A stretch of DNA of 57,212 bases, from positions 1 through 57,212 of the IMG/VR virus record IMGVR_UViG_3300017706_002546; one strand, written 5' to 3'. The notes beneath the pieces are model-generated. The model was not told the origin of the DNA. It saw only the letters and a list, made by a program, of their open reading frames with translations, and did not search any database. The stretch's first letter is position 1. Each line of letters opens with the position of its first letter. Positions 27,289 through 37,120 of this stretch are shown here, one piece after another. Source of the DNA: a virus. Its lineage: Duplodnaviria > Caudoviricetes. Both the position numbers and the translations under genes were made by a program.

Positions 27289-30200
27289 TATTGTCTCCTT
27301 CCTGATCTATTCCACCCTACTGTCTTATCATTCCTTTTTCTTGAGCCGGCTGTCGTAACACCCGATCTCAAGCCGTTACCTCTCGAATTTTCAATAACTT
27401 CTCTGACTGATTCTGTTGCTCGCTTTCCTTGGGATGGAGAAGTTTGTTGTGCAGGTGCAGAATTAAATTTTAGTGTTGCTCCTTCTACAAAATTTAACGG
27501 TAGAATAGAAACAACTGCGTAATAGTTGTAAACTTCAGGGAAGTTTTCTCCAGCTGATATTGCATATTTTCTAATCTTGGGTACAAATGTTGGAATAAAC
27601 GGTGTGTTTATTAAATTTTCTGCAAAAGGTGCCATTGATGGACGGGATATTTTGCTTGTCACACTAAAATTAGGTGAGTTTCCATCTTTAAATATTCGCA
27701 AATTTTGAGTAGTCGGTGCATCAGAAAATACAAAATCTTTTTCATTTATAAAAAGGCTGTATGTTTTATCAAAAGCAGATGGGTATAAAACTTTCTTTAG
27801 TCGATTATCAATGTTAAAAGGTATTGAATTTTTAAGAACTCTTGTCAACCTAAAGACTTCGCTTGCTAGCTGAGGATCGCTAATTGTTTCTGGATATCTT
27901 CTTTGTATTTCTGTAACAAGACCTTCAAACTCTCTAACAATGCCTTGACCTACACCATTTGAGGGCTTAACTCTGCTAAAATCAATATCTTGTTCTTCTA
28001 ATATAAAAGACTTAGGATTTAATATCATTCCTGTTGTTGAACGCATATATTCTTTTAATGCATAGTCAAAAACATGATTAACTAAAACGTCTTTTGAAAA
28101 TATTCCTCCCGGATGTCCAGTTGATAATTGTCTGCTTATCTCCCCCGAGTCTAGTGGTCCCAATCTTGTTATTTCCATTGAGTTTAAAATTTGATTAAAC
28201 GAAGCGTCTCCATTAAAACTTGTTAAATGATTAGAGCGCGACAAGCTTGTGCTCTGTAGAGAAACTTTATAGTCTAGTATTTCTGCGCTCGTATCAAAAA
28301 TAAAGACTTTTGGTAACAAATGAATTCTGTCATTCAAGTGATCTTTTTTGTATATGCTAATTGCAAAGTAAGGAGAGTTCAAGAAGTTTCCATCTTTTGT
28401 TTCGTCAAATGCTTTTGTGCGTAAACTAGCAAGCATTGAATTTGGCAAACCTACATTTACAATTGATTTATTACCTCTGTGTTCTGAAGGCAGAAAACCG
28501 TAACCAGGTGTACTTAAGACTTTGTACATTAGTTTATTTTTGACTAAATTATATTTCATATCAAGTGGAAACAGTGTGTTATTATGACGCCTAAAATCAT
28601 TTAAGTAAGACGAGTAAGTAGATAACACAGACTGATTTGTTGTCAAAGGTAGTATCTTGCTTATATTTAAATCTTCTCCGCTTAAGACAGTTTGTGTTAG
28701 TTTTCTTTTTGGTGATCTTTGGTTTTGTTGGTCAATGCCATTCGCAGCTTTTTTTGCTGCTTGCGCAGATAATTTAATTGCGTCTGCATGACCCGCCATC
28801 AAACCAAGGCAGTCTCTAATATATCTTTGTCTTTTTTGTATTGTCTGTAAAAGCTCTAGAGTCTGTGATTTTGATGTTTCATATGCGTCTTTAAAGCTGT
28901 CTGATTCTCCTGACGGTTGCGGAATATTGACATCATCTTCGATTTCTGTAATTGCGTCTAATATTCCTTTCTTGACACCAGAAAACTGATCTGTATCAAT
29001 TTTAAACTTTAACTTGTCATTTTTTCCAAATCTTCCGCCGTCGGTTGTTGATGCTTTAATTGTTATGCTCTTTGCTAATAGCAAATTAACCCAGTAATAC
29101 CAATAAGTAATTCTCTGGGGTGCGCTAAATTGTTGAATACCTCCATGAGAGAGAGGATAATCAGCCCATTCTATTTTAGAGTAATACTCTAGAAGCTCAG
29201 CCAAGCCTGTTAGTAAAGCAACCACAATAAAAATTACTGCCGCTGCTGCACCAACAGGACCTAAAGGTAAAAGACCTAATAAAGCGGTACCAATTTGCGT
29301 AAAAGATGTTGCTCCAGTTGCAAAAGCAGCTATAGCGCCAGCGACAGACCCTACAGACCCAACTGTTGTTAACAAAGCAGTCCCTGCGACCAAACCACCA
29401 GCGACTAGTGCAGCTTCACCAAACCTTTCTAATGATCCAAACCCCAACTTGTCGTCTCTAAAATTACCAAAATAGCTTGTATAGTTATTTATGTGGCAAT
29501 CAGAGGGATTAGACCATTTTTGTGCTAAATAACCATTAGCCGCTTCGTCATCTCTGTATACTTCTCCCACCAAGTCTAAAGAGTGCTTAATTAGCTTAGC
29601 GTAGCCTGGTACGCTGCTTTTGCTAAGCTTGTTATCTCCACTCGCTTGATCTTCTAACACTTCCCCTTGAACCCCTGAGAATCCGGCTGCAAATAAATTA
29701 TCTATTTCGTCTCTTTTCATCGTTATATTTCGATTGCTTGAAAACGCAACGTCAGAAGCTAACTCATTTATGTCTACATCACTCAAGCCTGCGTCTCTTA
29801 ATTGTCTACCGTCATATGGATCACCGAATACTGCCATCCAAGCTGTGTATGTTATACCAAAACCGTCGCCTGCAAATAGTTCACCGTCAAAATCAGAACC
29901 GGCATACATTTTTGAACCGGCATCAGGTTCGCCTATGAGGTTTTTAAGAAAGTTAAAAGTTGATGACTCACAATTTCTCTCAATTAGGTCTTTGCCTAAT
30001 TTTCTTAATTGTTTTGCCGGTAACTTGTTTTCTCTGCTGAGCTTCTCATCTTTTCTTGAATCTCTGAAGCTGTCGTGCCTAGACGAAGCAAAAAAAGCCC
30101 AGTATATTGCCTGGAGTGCATCTCTTTTTGTTGTTGTATTGTGTGAATTTAATAAGGAAGCTAAAACAGGTATATTTTTTGTTTCTTTCATTGTGTCTAA

Positions 30201-32147
30201 GTCTTTATTTGCAAATTTTTTAAGTACTTTTATCTGGTAGGCTAAAGGATCGTAAGCGTTGCTGTCAACTTCTCTATCTGGAAGTAATTCAAACATATCA
30301 CTCACAAACTTTCTCGTTACTGACTGGTAATTATTGCCAAAATCTTCTAACTCCCTAAAATCACTGTTACCTTGTGCAATTTGTTCTCTGAAGAAAAAAT
30401 CAGGACCAGCCATATAATCGTTACTAAATCCTTCAATTGCTTCATTGCTCGTGCTTTCTAAAGGTATAACTAATCTTGGGTTTGTTGAATCAATAGGCAA
30501 GATTGGACTTATTACTTTAGAAAGAAGACCGTGCCCTACTTTAAAATATGGAAAAGCAGGTATACCTGAGTTTGTGTATTTTGACTGATTGAAATTAGCT
30601 GTGTCAACTTCACCAGGTATCAAACAAGACTTAATATTAAATAAAAAAGAAACATATGACAGTAATGAATTTAAGATATGGTGCTTTTTCCCGTTTGCTA
30701 TTTCTTTATTTTTTTCCATACCGCTTGTCAGGTCAGACAGATTACTACCTGACTCGCTAGTTATCTTAAAATCATTTTTAAATGTAATATTGTCAAAAGC
30801 CATTGCACTTAAAACTTCTGCGATTTGTTTTGTTCTGTTTGGAGAGTTCCCGTCAGAATCTTTAATTTTGCCTTTGTAAAAATCAAAAAGATCACTGCTA
30901 TCATTAAACACAAAATTTCTATCAACACCTAACCTTGCATACTCATCTGATCCGTTTGTCATGCAAACCTGATTAAGTCTTTTTACTTTATTGATTTGTC
31001 GCCCTAGATCGCCACTTAAGCCAATTTTTACTTCTCCTGATTCTCTTAGATTTTTAAGATTTTTACCTTCTAGACTTTCCAAATATGTTATTGAGTCTGT
31101 GTGTTTAATCAATGACACTAAATGAGCTTGCAAATTTAAAAGCGAGTCATAATCGGAAGATCCTGGTTGTCTTTCATAAAAGTATATACTTTCTGCTGCA
31201 TTAGGACTATTTAAATCAGTCTCTCCGCTAAAAGCGTTTGCGATACTTGAATTATTAAAAGCTGTGCTACCATTAAAGGGTTTTTCTTTTAAGTAGTTGT
31301 CAATACCCCAGACTGCTTTAAATCTCTCGTCTAAGAAAGCAATTCCGCCTAAATACTTTATAACATCGAGAATAATAACCTCATAAATAAAGTATTCTAT
31401 CAACCCTTGTACATAGAAGTCTTCAATTGCACTATTTTTGACAACATTAACATACGCCAAGCTTTCATCTATGTTGTTTGCAACATAACCCTCTCTGATT
31501 ACTTTAACGATTTCATTGATTACATTTTTTACGCTAAGATTGTCACCCCTTGAAGAAGAAGCTGTTCCAAAATTTAACACGTCAATAGCATCATCCAAAT
31601 TTTCTTTTGTTGCCGCTTCTACATAAGATAAAAAACCAGTAGACGATTTTTCGCTGTAAACAGCTTCGATAACTTTAGAGGCTGAACTTGTAACATATTC
31701 ACGAATTTGTCTATGTAACTCTATTAACCTGCTTACATTTGTAACACTGACTTTTGTTTGCTGGCCAATACTAAGATTAATTTTTGCTGAATTCTCGTTT
31801 GTTCTTTCTGACACAATAGGGACAAACTCCGAAATTGCTATAATTTCAGTTCGAAGTGGATTAATTCCAAAGTTAGCTAAAGCTTCATATCTCGCATTTA
31901 AAATTGGGTCATCGTATACTACTAAGTCTTCGGCTGGTGTTCTAGATCTGCTGTTGGCAGCATTTTCTTCAATTAAAGATTGAACTAAGCTTCCTACACC
32001 TGATTTAACTGCCAAAACAGGTTCAGTTTCTATTGTTAATCCTGCTGCATTGTATACAGGTGAAGGATCAGGCGGGTCTATATTGTTAGATTTAGGTTTG
32101 AAATCAATCTGTTGATCTTTTAGTGTTTTGTCAATTCTTATAGGCAT
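27288..32147 (-). CDS. 1619-aa orphan protein with a central hydrophobic hairpin
   Basis: Uninterrupted ORF; ~70-residue uncharged Gly/Ala-rich segment; coupled to neighbouring genes. Confidence 0.7.
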   Translation of the reverse strand: MPIRIDKTLKDQQIDFKPKSNNIDPPDPSPVYNAAGLTIETEPVLAVKSGVGSLVQSLIEENAANSRSRTPAEDLVVYDDPILNARYEALANFGINPLRTEIIAISEFVPIVSERTNENSAKINLSIGQQTKVSVTNVSRLIELHRQIREYVTSSASKVIEAVYSEKSSTGFLSYVEAATKENLDDAIDVLNFGTASSSRGDNLSVKNVINEIVKVIREGYVANNIDESLAYVNVVKNSAIEDFYVQGLIEYFIYEVIILDVIKYLGGIAFLDERFKAVWGIDNYLKEKPFNGSTAFNNSSIANAFSGETDLNSPNAAESIYFYERQPGSSDYDSLLNLQAHLVSLIKHTDSITYLESLEGKNLKNLRESGEVKIGLSGDLGRQINKVKRLNQVCMTNGSDEYARLGVDRNFVFNDSSDLFDFYKGKIKDSDGNSPNRTKQIAEVLSAMAFDNITFKNDFKITSESGSNLSDLTSGMEKNKEIANGKKHHILNSLLSYVSFLFNIKSCLIPGEVDTANFNQSKYTNSGIPAFPYFKVGHGLLSKVISPILPIDSTNPRLVIPLESTSNEAIEGFSNDYMAGPDFFFREQIAQGNSDFRELEDFGNNYQSVTRKFVSDMFELLPDREVDSNAYDPLAYQIKVLKKFANKDLDTMKETKNIPVLASLLNSHNTTTKRDALQAIYWAFFASSRHDSFRDSRKDEKLSRENKLPAKQLRKLGKDLIERNCESSTFNFLKNLIGEPDAGSKMYAGSDFDGELFAGDGFGITYTAWMAVFGDPYDGRQLRDAGLSDVDINELASDVAFSSNRNITMKRDEIDNLFAAGFSGVQGEVLEDQASGDNKLSKSSVPGYAKLIKHSLDLVGEVYRDDEAANGYLAQKWSNPSDCHINNYTSYFGNFRDDKLGFGSLERFGEAALVAGGLVAGTALLTTVGSVGSVAGAIAAFATGATSFTQIGTALLGLLPLGPVGAAAAVIFIVVALLTGLAELLEYYSKIEWADYPLSHGGIQQFSAPQRITYWYYWVNLLLAKSITIKASTTDGGRFGKNDKLKFKIDTDQFSGVKKGILDAITEIEDDVNIPQPSGESDSFKDAYETSKSQTLELLQTIQKRQRYIRDCLGLMAGHADAIKLSAQAAKKAANGIDQQNQRSPKRKLTQTVLSGEDLNISKILPLTTNQSVLSTYSSYLNDFRRHNNTLFPLDMKYNLVKNKLMYKVLSTPGYGFLPSEHRGNKSIVNVGLPNSMLASLRTKAFDETKDGNFLNSPYFAISIYKKDHLNDRIHLLPKVFIFDTSAEILDYKVSLQSTSLSRSNHLTSFNGDASFNQILNSMEITRLGPLDSGEISRQLSTGHPGGIFSKDVLVNHVFDYALKEYMRSTTGMILNPKSFILEEQDIDFSRVKPSNGVGQGIVREFEGLVTEIQRRYPETISDPQLASEVFRLTRVLKNSIPFNIDNRLKKVLYPSAFDKTYSLFINEKDFVFSDAPTTQNLRIFKDGNSPNFSVTSKISRPSMAPFAENLINTPFIPTFVPKIRKYAISAGENFPEVYNYYAVVSILPLNFVEGATLKFNSAPAQQTSPSQGKRATESVREVIENSRGNGLRSGVTTAGSRKRNDKTVGWNRSGRRQ

Positions 32148-32150
32148 ATC

Positions 32151-35036
32151 TTACTCAATAATATTTCTTCCAATCAAGGAGGGATTTAAAACTGTTCCAT
32201 CTTTTAAAACAGGTAATGCGTAATAAGAAACTACACCAACACTACCTACATGTTTAACTAAGTATCTTACCCTTGAATTATTCGCCACTATGTCTTTAGC
32301 ATGTGCGACACCATCAAGATACGCATTATCATTTTCGTAGACTAAAATTGCAAAAAAATCAACAAAGAGACAGTCTGAGTTGTTTACTTGAAAATCTAAA
32401 TTAAAAAATCTTTTTGATGAAATATTTACACTTTTGTGATTTTCTTTTTTTTGTAACTTGCTAAGTGATAAGTTCTTAATTTCTCGTATATCATTTAAAG
32501 TTATTGCTGTGTCAAATGATCTATCAGAATTTTGATTGCTAGAAACCTCAAAATTAAAAATGTCACCTGTTGAGCGATCTGCAAAAAAGTCTAGACTTTC
32601 TTCGCTAATTTTAGTAGACGGGCTTGTAATTTTACCCTGCTTAGAAAAACTAAAAGAGTTAAATTTTGTACCAGTACTACTTAAGACTTTGCGTCTTCTT
32701 AAATTAGACTTTCTTCTTGAGGATGCGTAGGAAAAATTAATTTTTGCATTGCCCTGACTTTGGCCGATTTGATCAATTTGGCCCTCAATAGACGCAATAA
32801 TGTCAGCTGTTAGAGCTACCCTTGGTTTTAAAACGTACGTTACATCTTGATCAATTGGTACATTATCGCTAAATTCACAAACACCGTCACTGTCAATTTG
32901 AAATGTACCTACCTTTATGTTTTCGCCTGTTTTTCTGTTAATGCGTTCGATCATAACTGAGTATGAGAAACTTTGGACATCTTTAATTTTGCTTATTTCA
33001 TCTCCAAAAAGGTCAAAAACTTCCCCAAATATTGACGCATAAATTTTGTCAACTTCAGTTTCAATTTTTCTTAGCACAAAAGCATTCTTAATTTTTCTTG
33101 TTTGAGACTCATCAGACACAACTGTATTGTTGCTTACAACTGACGTTGCTAAATTTGATATTGTTACAATCTCTGATCTTTCTTCAAACTTTAAAATAAA
33201 TTGCTTATTTGCTCTTTTTACTTCACCGTTTTTCATTATGCAGTCAACGTAGTACTTGTAAATATGGCCATCTTGCAAATTGTGATCGGTTAAATTAATA
33301 GGCAAGTCGCTATCTACTACGCTTCTATAACTTAAAGGGGCTCTTTGTTGCAGTTTTGCTACAGTTGTATAAATTTGTTTTTCTATTCCTCTTGTTCTAC
33401 CTGGAAATACTCTTTCTTTCTTAACAAGAATATGTGTTATGTTATTTGACATGTTTTGTACGTTAATTTCAACAAACCCGCTTCTATTTTGTATAGCAGT
33501 AATTGATAAATCTGGAAAGTTACCGTCGCTATGTCTTGAGCTTTTAGCAGCAGTTGATAGAACATTATCAAATTCTTCACCTGAAAAATTTATGGTTGAT
33601 CTAAAAAAAGCATTTTCATCAATCTTTACAAGCTTTATGTTAGGATTTTTAATTTTTGAAAAATTACCATTTTTAAAAATAGAAGTCTTTCTAGGGGCTA
33701 CTGTGATATTTCTAAACGTGTCTTTAAAAAAATTATTTTTAAAATCTGTTATGCTCTTAAACGTTTTAAGATGAACAGACAAATTAAGATGGCTATTCTT
33801 ACTTTTGTTTCCTACTGATACTGACATGTTGTTATTAATTTTTCTTGAAGAAGAGATGTCGTATTTTAAAGAGCTCTTTTGTAGTTGAATTAAAATTTTT
33901 TGAATATTGACATTTAAATTCTTTGATTCCAATTTAATCCCATTTTCATCTTCTGCTACATATATGAAGTTTAATCCTGGGCCATAATTTACTAGTTCAC
34001 TTTTTGAGATGGTCGTAACTGTTTCAAGCATTTTAAATTTTTGCTGTTCTACTACTATGTTCTTCTTATACAGATTAACTTCTTGTTCTTTTATTAAATT
34101 AAAAATTGCATCGAAGAAGTTTTCATATTCACTATAAAAATTGCTATAATTAAATTTTTGAATGTTAATGTAACTACTTCTTTTTTCAACAAAAGAAGAT
34201 TTATTGAACGATTTTTCAAATAAAACTATCGGGTCTATTGATTTTGATATTAGTGAATTATAAGCATTCTTAAAGCTGTTTTGATATATCTCTAGCTCAT
34301 TTTTTAAACCTGTCAAAGCAGTGTTTACGTCTGGGCTATCTGTGTTAAGCTGTACATCTATTACTTTTTTTACATCTTTTTTCAGTACACTTCTACCTCT
34401 CTGAGGCGTTCCAGGAAGAAAACCAGGCGTTCTGACAGCTGTACTTTGAATATTAAACTTTGCTAAAAATTTACTCTCTTTCTGGTTTTTATTTGTTATG
34501 TTTGTTTTTCTTTCTAACGGGTTTACTAATTTTTTTAAACTTAGCAAGCCTTGATTTGAAATTAGACTAGTATATATCATGGGCTTTAGCGTGGCACTTG
34601 ACAACGATTTGCTTGATTTTGATGGTGGGATATTTATAGCAAGTAGTTTTTTCTTTGTCTTTGATATTGTTGTTTTTTTAAAAGATAGTGATTTTAAATC
34701 TTTTTTGTTTTTATTATTAGACTTAATTGATTTTCGCAAAATACCTTTAAAGACATTGTTTTTACCACTTGCCCTAAGCCTCTGAGCAGTGTTCTTGGTC
34801 ATAGAAAGATTAATTTTACTACACTGTGATTTGTTTATATTGTCTACATCGATGAGACAGTAGACTCGAATTGTTAAAAGGTGATCAGTCTCGCCATTAT
34901 TATTTTTAAACTTCTTTACAGATAGTACTTCTGGCGTAATATCAAATTCGTCATTTGGTTTTGCAAAAATCGGTTTTTTGTCACCTTGATTACCTGTAAG
35001 ATTGTGATTTTTTTTATTAACTGTTCTTATTGCCAT
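32151..35036 (-). CDS. 961-aa Lys/Asn-rich orphan protein, probably virion-associated
   Basis: Long ORF in the structural operon; beta-rich C-terminal half. Confidence 0.65.
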   Translation of the reverse strand: MAIRTVNKKNHNLTGNQGDKKPIFAKPNDEFDITPEVLSVKKFKNNNGETDHLLTIRVYCLIDVDNINKSQCSKINLSMTKNTAQRLRASGKNNVFKGILRKSIKSNNKNKKDLKSLSFKKTTISKTKKKLLAINIPPSKSSKSLSSATLKPMIYTSLISNQGLLSLKKLVNPLERKTNITNKNQKESKFLAKFNIQSTAVRTPGFLPGTPQRGRSVLKKDVKKVIDVQLNTDSPDVNTALTGLKNELEIYQNSFKNAYNSLISKSIDPIVLFEKSFNKSSFVEKRSSYINIQKFNYSNFYSEYENFFDAIFNLIKEQEVNLYKKNIVVEQQKFKMLETVTTISKSELVNYGPGLNFIYVAEDENGIKLESKNLNVNIQKILIQLQKSSLKYDISSSRKINNNMSVSVGNKSKNSHLNLSVHLKTFKSITDFKNNFFKDTFRNITVAPRKTSIFKNGNFSKIKNPNIKLVKIDENAFFRSTINFSGEEFDNVLSTAAKSSRHSDGNFPDLSITAIQNRSGFVEINVQNMSNNITHILVKKERVFPGRTRGIEKQIYTTVAKLQQRAPLSYRSVVDSDLPINLTDHNLQDGHIYKYYVDCIMKNGEVKRANKQFILKFEERSEIVTISNLATSVVSNNTVVSDESQTRKIKNAFVLRKIETEVDKIYASIFGEVFDLFGDEISKIKDVQSFSYSVMIERINRKTGENIKVGTFQIDSDGVCEFSDNVPIDQDVTYVLKPRVALTADIIASIEGQIDQIGQSQGNAKINFSYASSRRKSNLRRRKVLSSTGTKFNSFSFSKQGKITSPSTKISEESLDFFADRSTGDIFNFEVSSNQNSDRSFDTAITLNDIREIKNLSLSKLQKKENHKSVNISSKRFFNLDFQVNNSDCLFVDFFAILVYENDNAYLDGVAHAKDIVANNSRVRYLVKHVGSVGVVSYYALPVLKDGTVLNPSLIGRNIIE

Positions 35037-35038
35037 TT

Positions 35039-36088
35039 TTAATCCATTACAATTGTAAAAATATTTATAAATGTTGGTGTTTCAAAGTCATCTGTAAAAA
35101 CTTTTCCAACATAAAAAACACGCTTATCATGTCTACCTAACTTGTCATCGCTATCATAAAATATTCCAGCGTCAATAATGTCTAGCTTGTTAATAGCTGC
35201 ATTTTTGCTATCCTCAAAAACTTGAATCACTATGTTGTTGTCTGCTGATGTCTTGTTAAAGTATATTTTACTACTTTGCAATTTAAAATCCACAGGAGTA
35301 GGGACTTCACCATCAACTAACAATTTTCTACTTTCGGCGCCAAGATTATTTTTTGACTTTGCTGACTTTAAGTCTTCATCGATAATTTGTTCTTCTATTG
35401 CGAAACTTGACGGGCCTAAGCGATTTTTAATCTGAGACCAAGTTTCTCTACTGGTGCTTCTTGGATCGCTATATATCCCGTATTCTGACCCGTCTGTGTT
35501 AACCGGAGGTAAAAATTGAAAATTTGGCAAATGAGTCATCTTGCTGTCTAAAAACAGCGGTTCTGCTTTATTGACGTGTATTCTTTCTCTAAAAGGACCG
35601 TTAATAAAAGGTATGTTGTTTGTGATTAAAAACTCAATACTGTTTTTACTAACCTCAAAATCTCTGTCTTCAGGTTTATCAAATGATCCGATAATTCTAT
35701 TGTTTTTAAAGTGCCTTAAAGAAGATGAAATAATAGCGCTTTCTGCGTTTGAATACTGTGAACCTGTTACAGCTGTTAATTTAAAAATGTCAGACTCGAC
35801 TTTGCCTAAGAATACATCATTTCCGACAATACTGCCTGATGGGGAGAAGTTATAAGGAACTAATTTTCCGCTATCATCTTTTTCTAAAACTATAGAATTT
35901 TCTGGGCGCTCCATCACTTCGAAGTATATTCGATTGTCGACGTCATCATGTTCTGCTTTTGAATAAAACGTACCAATATCAGAAAGCGTTGCAAACTCTG
36001 CTCTGAGTTTACCTGCTGCAATCTGCCTCTTTCCTTCTTGTGTAACGACTAAATCAATAAATCTTGTCTTTTTATCTAAAATACCCAT
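35039..36088 (-). CDS. Virion structural protein, paralogous N-terminus to 24376..25095
   Basis: MGILDKKTRFIDLVVTQEGKRQIAAGKL..FATLSD. Confidence 0.6.
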   Translation of the reverse strand: MGILDKKTRFIDLVVTQEGKRQIAAGKLRAEFATLSDIGTFYSKAEHDDVDNRIYFEVMERPENSIVLEKDDSGKLVPYNFSPSGSIVGNDVFLGKVESDIFKLTAVTGSQYSNAESAIISSSLRHFKNNRIIGSFDKPEDRDFEVSKNSIEFLITNNIPFINGPFRERIHVNKAEPLFLDSKMTHLPNFQFLPPVNTDGSEYGIYSDPRSTSRETWSQIKNRLGPSSFAIEEQIIDEDLKSAKSKNNLGAESRKLLVDGEVPTPVDFKLQSSKIYFNKTSADNNIVIQVFEDSKNAAINKLDIIDAGIFYDSDDKLGRHDKRVFYVGKVFTDDFETPTFINIFTIVMD

Positions 36089-36105
36089 AATACTATATAT
36101 TCCTA

Positions 36106-37119
36106 TTAACTAATATTCTCATCCCATTCAACAAAAAAACTAGCTCTTTGAAAACCGTCCCTTTGTGACCCTGTGCCTTTAAATGTAATACAAATTAAGT
36201 CACCGCTGCTAATAGTCGGGCTTCCTGTCCCGCTACCTAAGTTAAAATTGTAAGTTGACCGATGATAGTAAGTACCTGACTCTTCTGCGTAAGTATGACC
36301 AGGTGATGCTGTTACATGAAAAATAGCAGGTCTCACAGCAGCATTTCCAGACAAACCTGTAATAAAGCTATTTGACCACTTGTGAATAGCAAAGACAGCG
36401 TTTTGAGTGAACGGATTACTTGTTGACGAATTGCCTACACCATCACCAATACCATAAACTTTTTTAAACTCTCCACCGTAAGGAAAGTATTTCCAAACAT
36501 AGTTTGCAGCAGTCTGCTCTGGGTCATACTGACCTAAACTGCCGTCATACCACCTTCCGTGGTAAATAGGGGTAGGATCCCCAGTAGGCGAAGGATTGAG
36601 CCAAAAAGGTTGTATATGATTAGTAGTTGTTATTGCACCATTTGAAGCTGCCGTTATTCTACCATTAGCGTCCACAGTAATATCTGCTTTTGTGTAAGAG
36701 CCAGCTGTGACTGCAGTTGCTGCCAATCCAATTGTTACATTATCTCCACTCACGCCAACAGTTGTTTCGTTAGCGGTATTAACAAAATTTAATGTATCAG
36801 AATTGGTAATTGTACTGGTGTTTCCAGATGGATCTCTAACTGTGAAGCTAGTCATTCCGCTACTGCCACCGCCGGTTGATGCAATTGTAACTTGACCATT
36901 TGAACCTGATGTTATCGTTACGTTGCTTCCGGCGACCAGATATGACTTACCTTCATGGGTCTGGTGTATCGATCCGCTTATTGTGGCTTTAAAAACTGAA
37001 TTGTCAGACAGCCCTACTTTGAGTGTATGAGGAAAAATTAAACGAATTATATTTCCGTCTAAATCTTTAGCGGCATAAAAATCTCTAACACTTACATCTT
37101 CAATTAGTTTATTAGACAT
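36106..37119 (-). CDS. Short tail fibre/whisker-like protein
   Basis: Fibre-type segments LVAGSNVTITS..QVTI and VTAGSYTKADITVDANGRITAASNG, followed by a globular C-terminus. Confidence 0.65.
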   Translation of the reverse strand: MSNKLIEDVSVRDFYAAKDLDGNIIRLIFPHTLKVGLSDNSVFKATISGSIHQTHEGKSYLVAGSNVTITSGSNGQVTIASTGGGSSGMTSFTVRDPSGNTSTITNSDTLNFVNTANETTVGVSGDNVTIGLAATAVTAGSYTKADITVDANGRITAASNGAITTTNHIQPFWLNPSPTGDPTPIYHGRWYDGSLGQYDPEQTAANYVWKYFPYGGEFKKVYGIGDGVGNSSTSNPFTQNAVFAIHKWSNSFITGLSGNAAVRPAIFHVTASPGHTYAEESGTYYHRSTYNFNLGSGTGSPTISSGDLICITFKGTGSQRDGFQRASFFVEWDENIS

Positions 37120-37120
37120 G

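Noticed and set aside
29734-30879. Plus-strand ORFs up to 168 aa, representative of all short plus-strand ORFs in the track
   Set aside because: They lie within or largely overlap long minus-strand genes and have no recognisable domains
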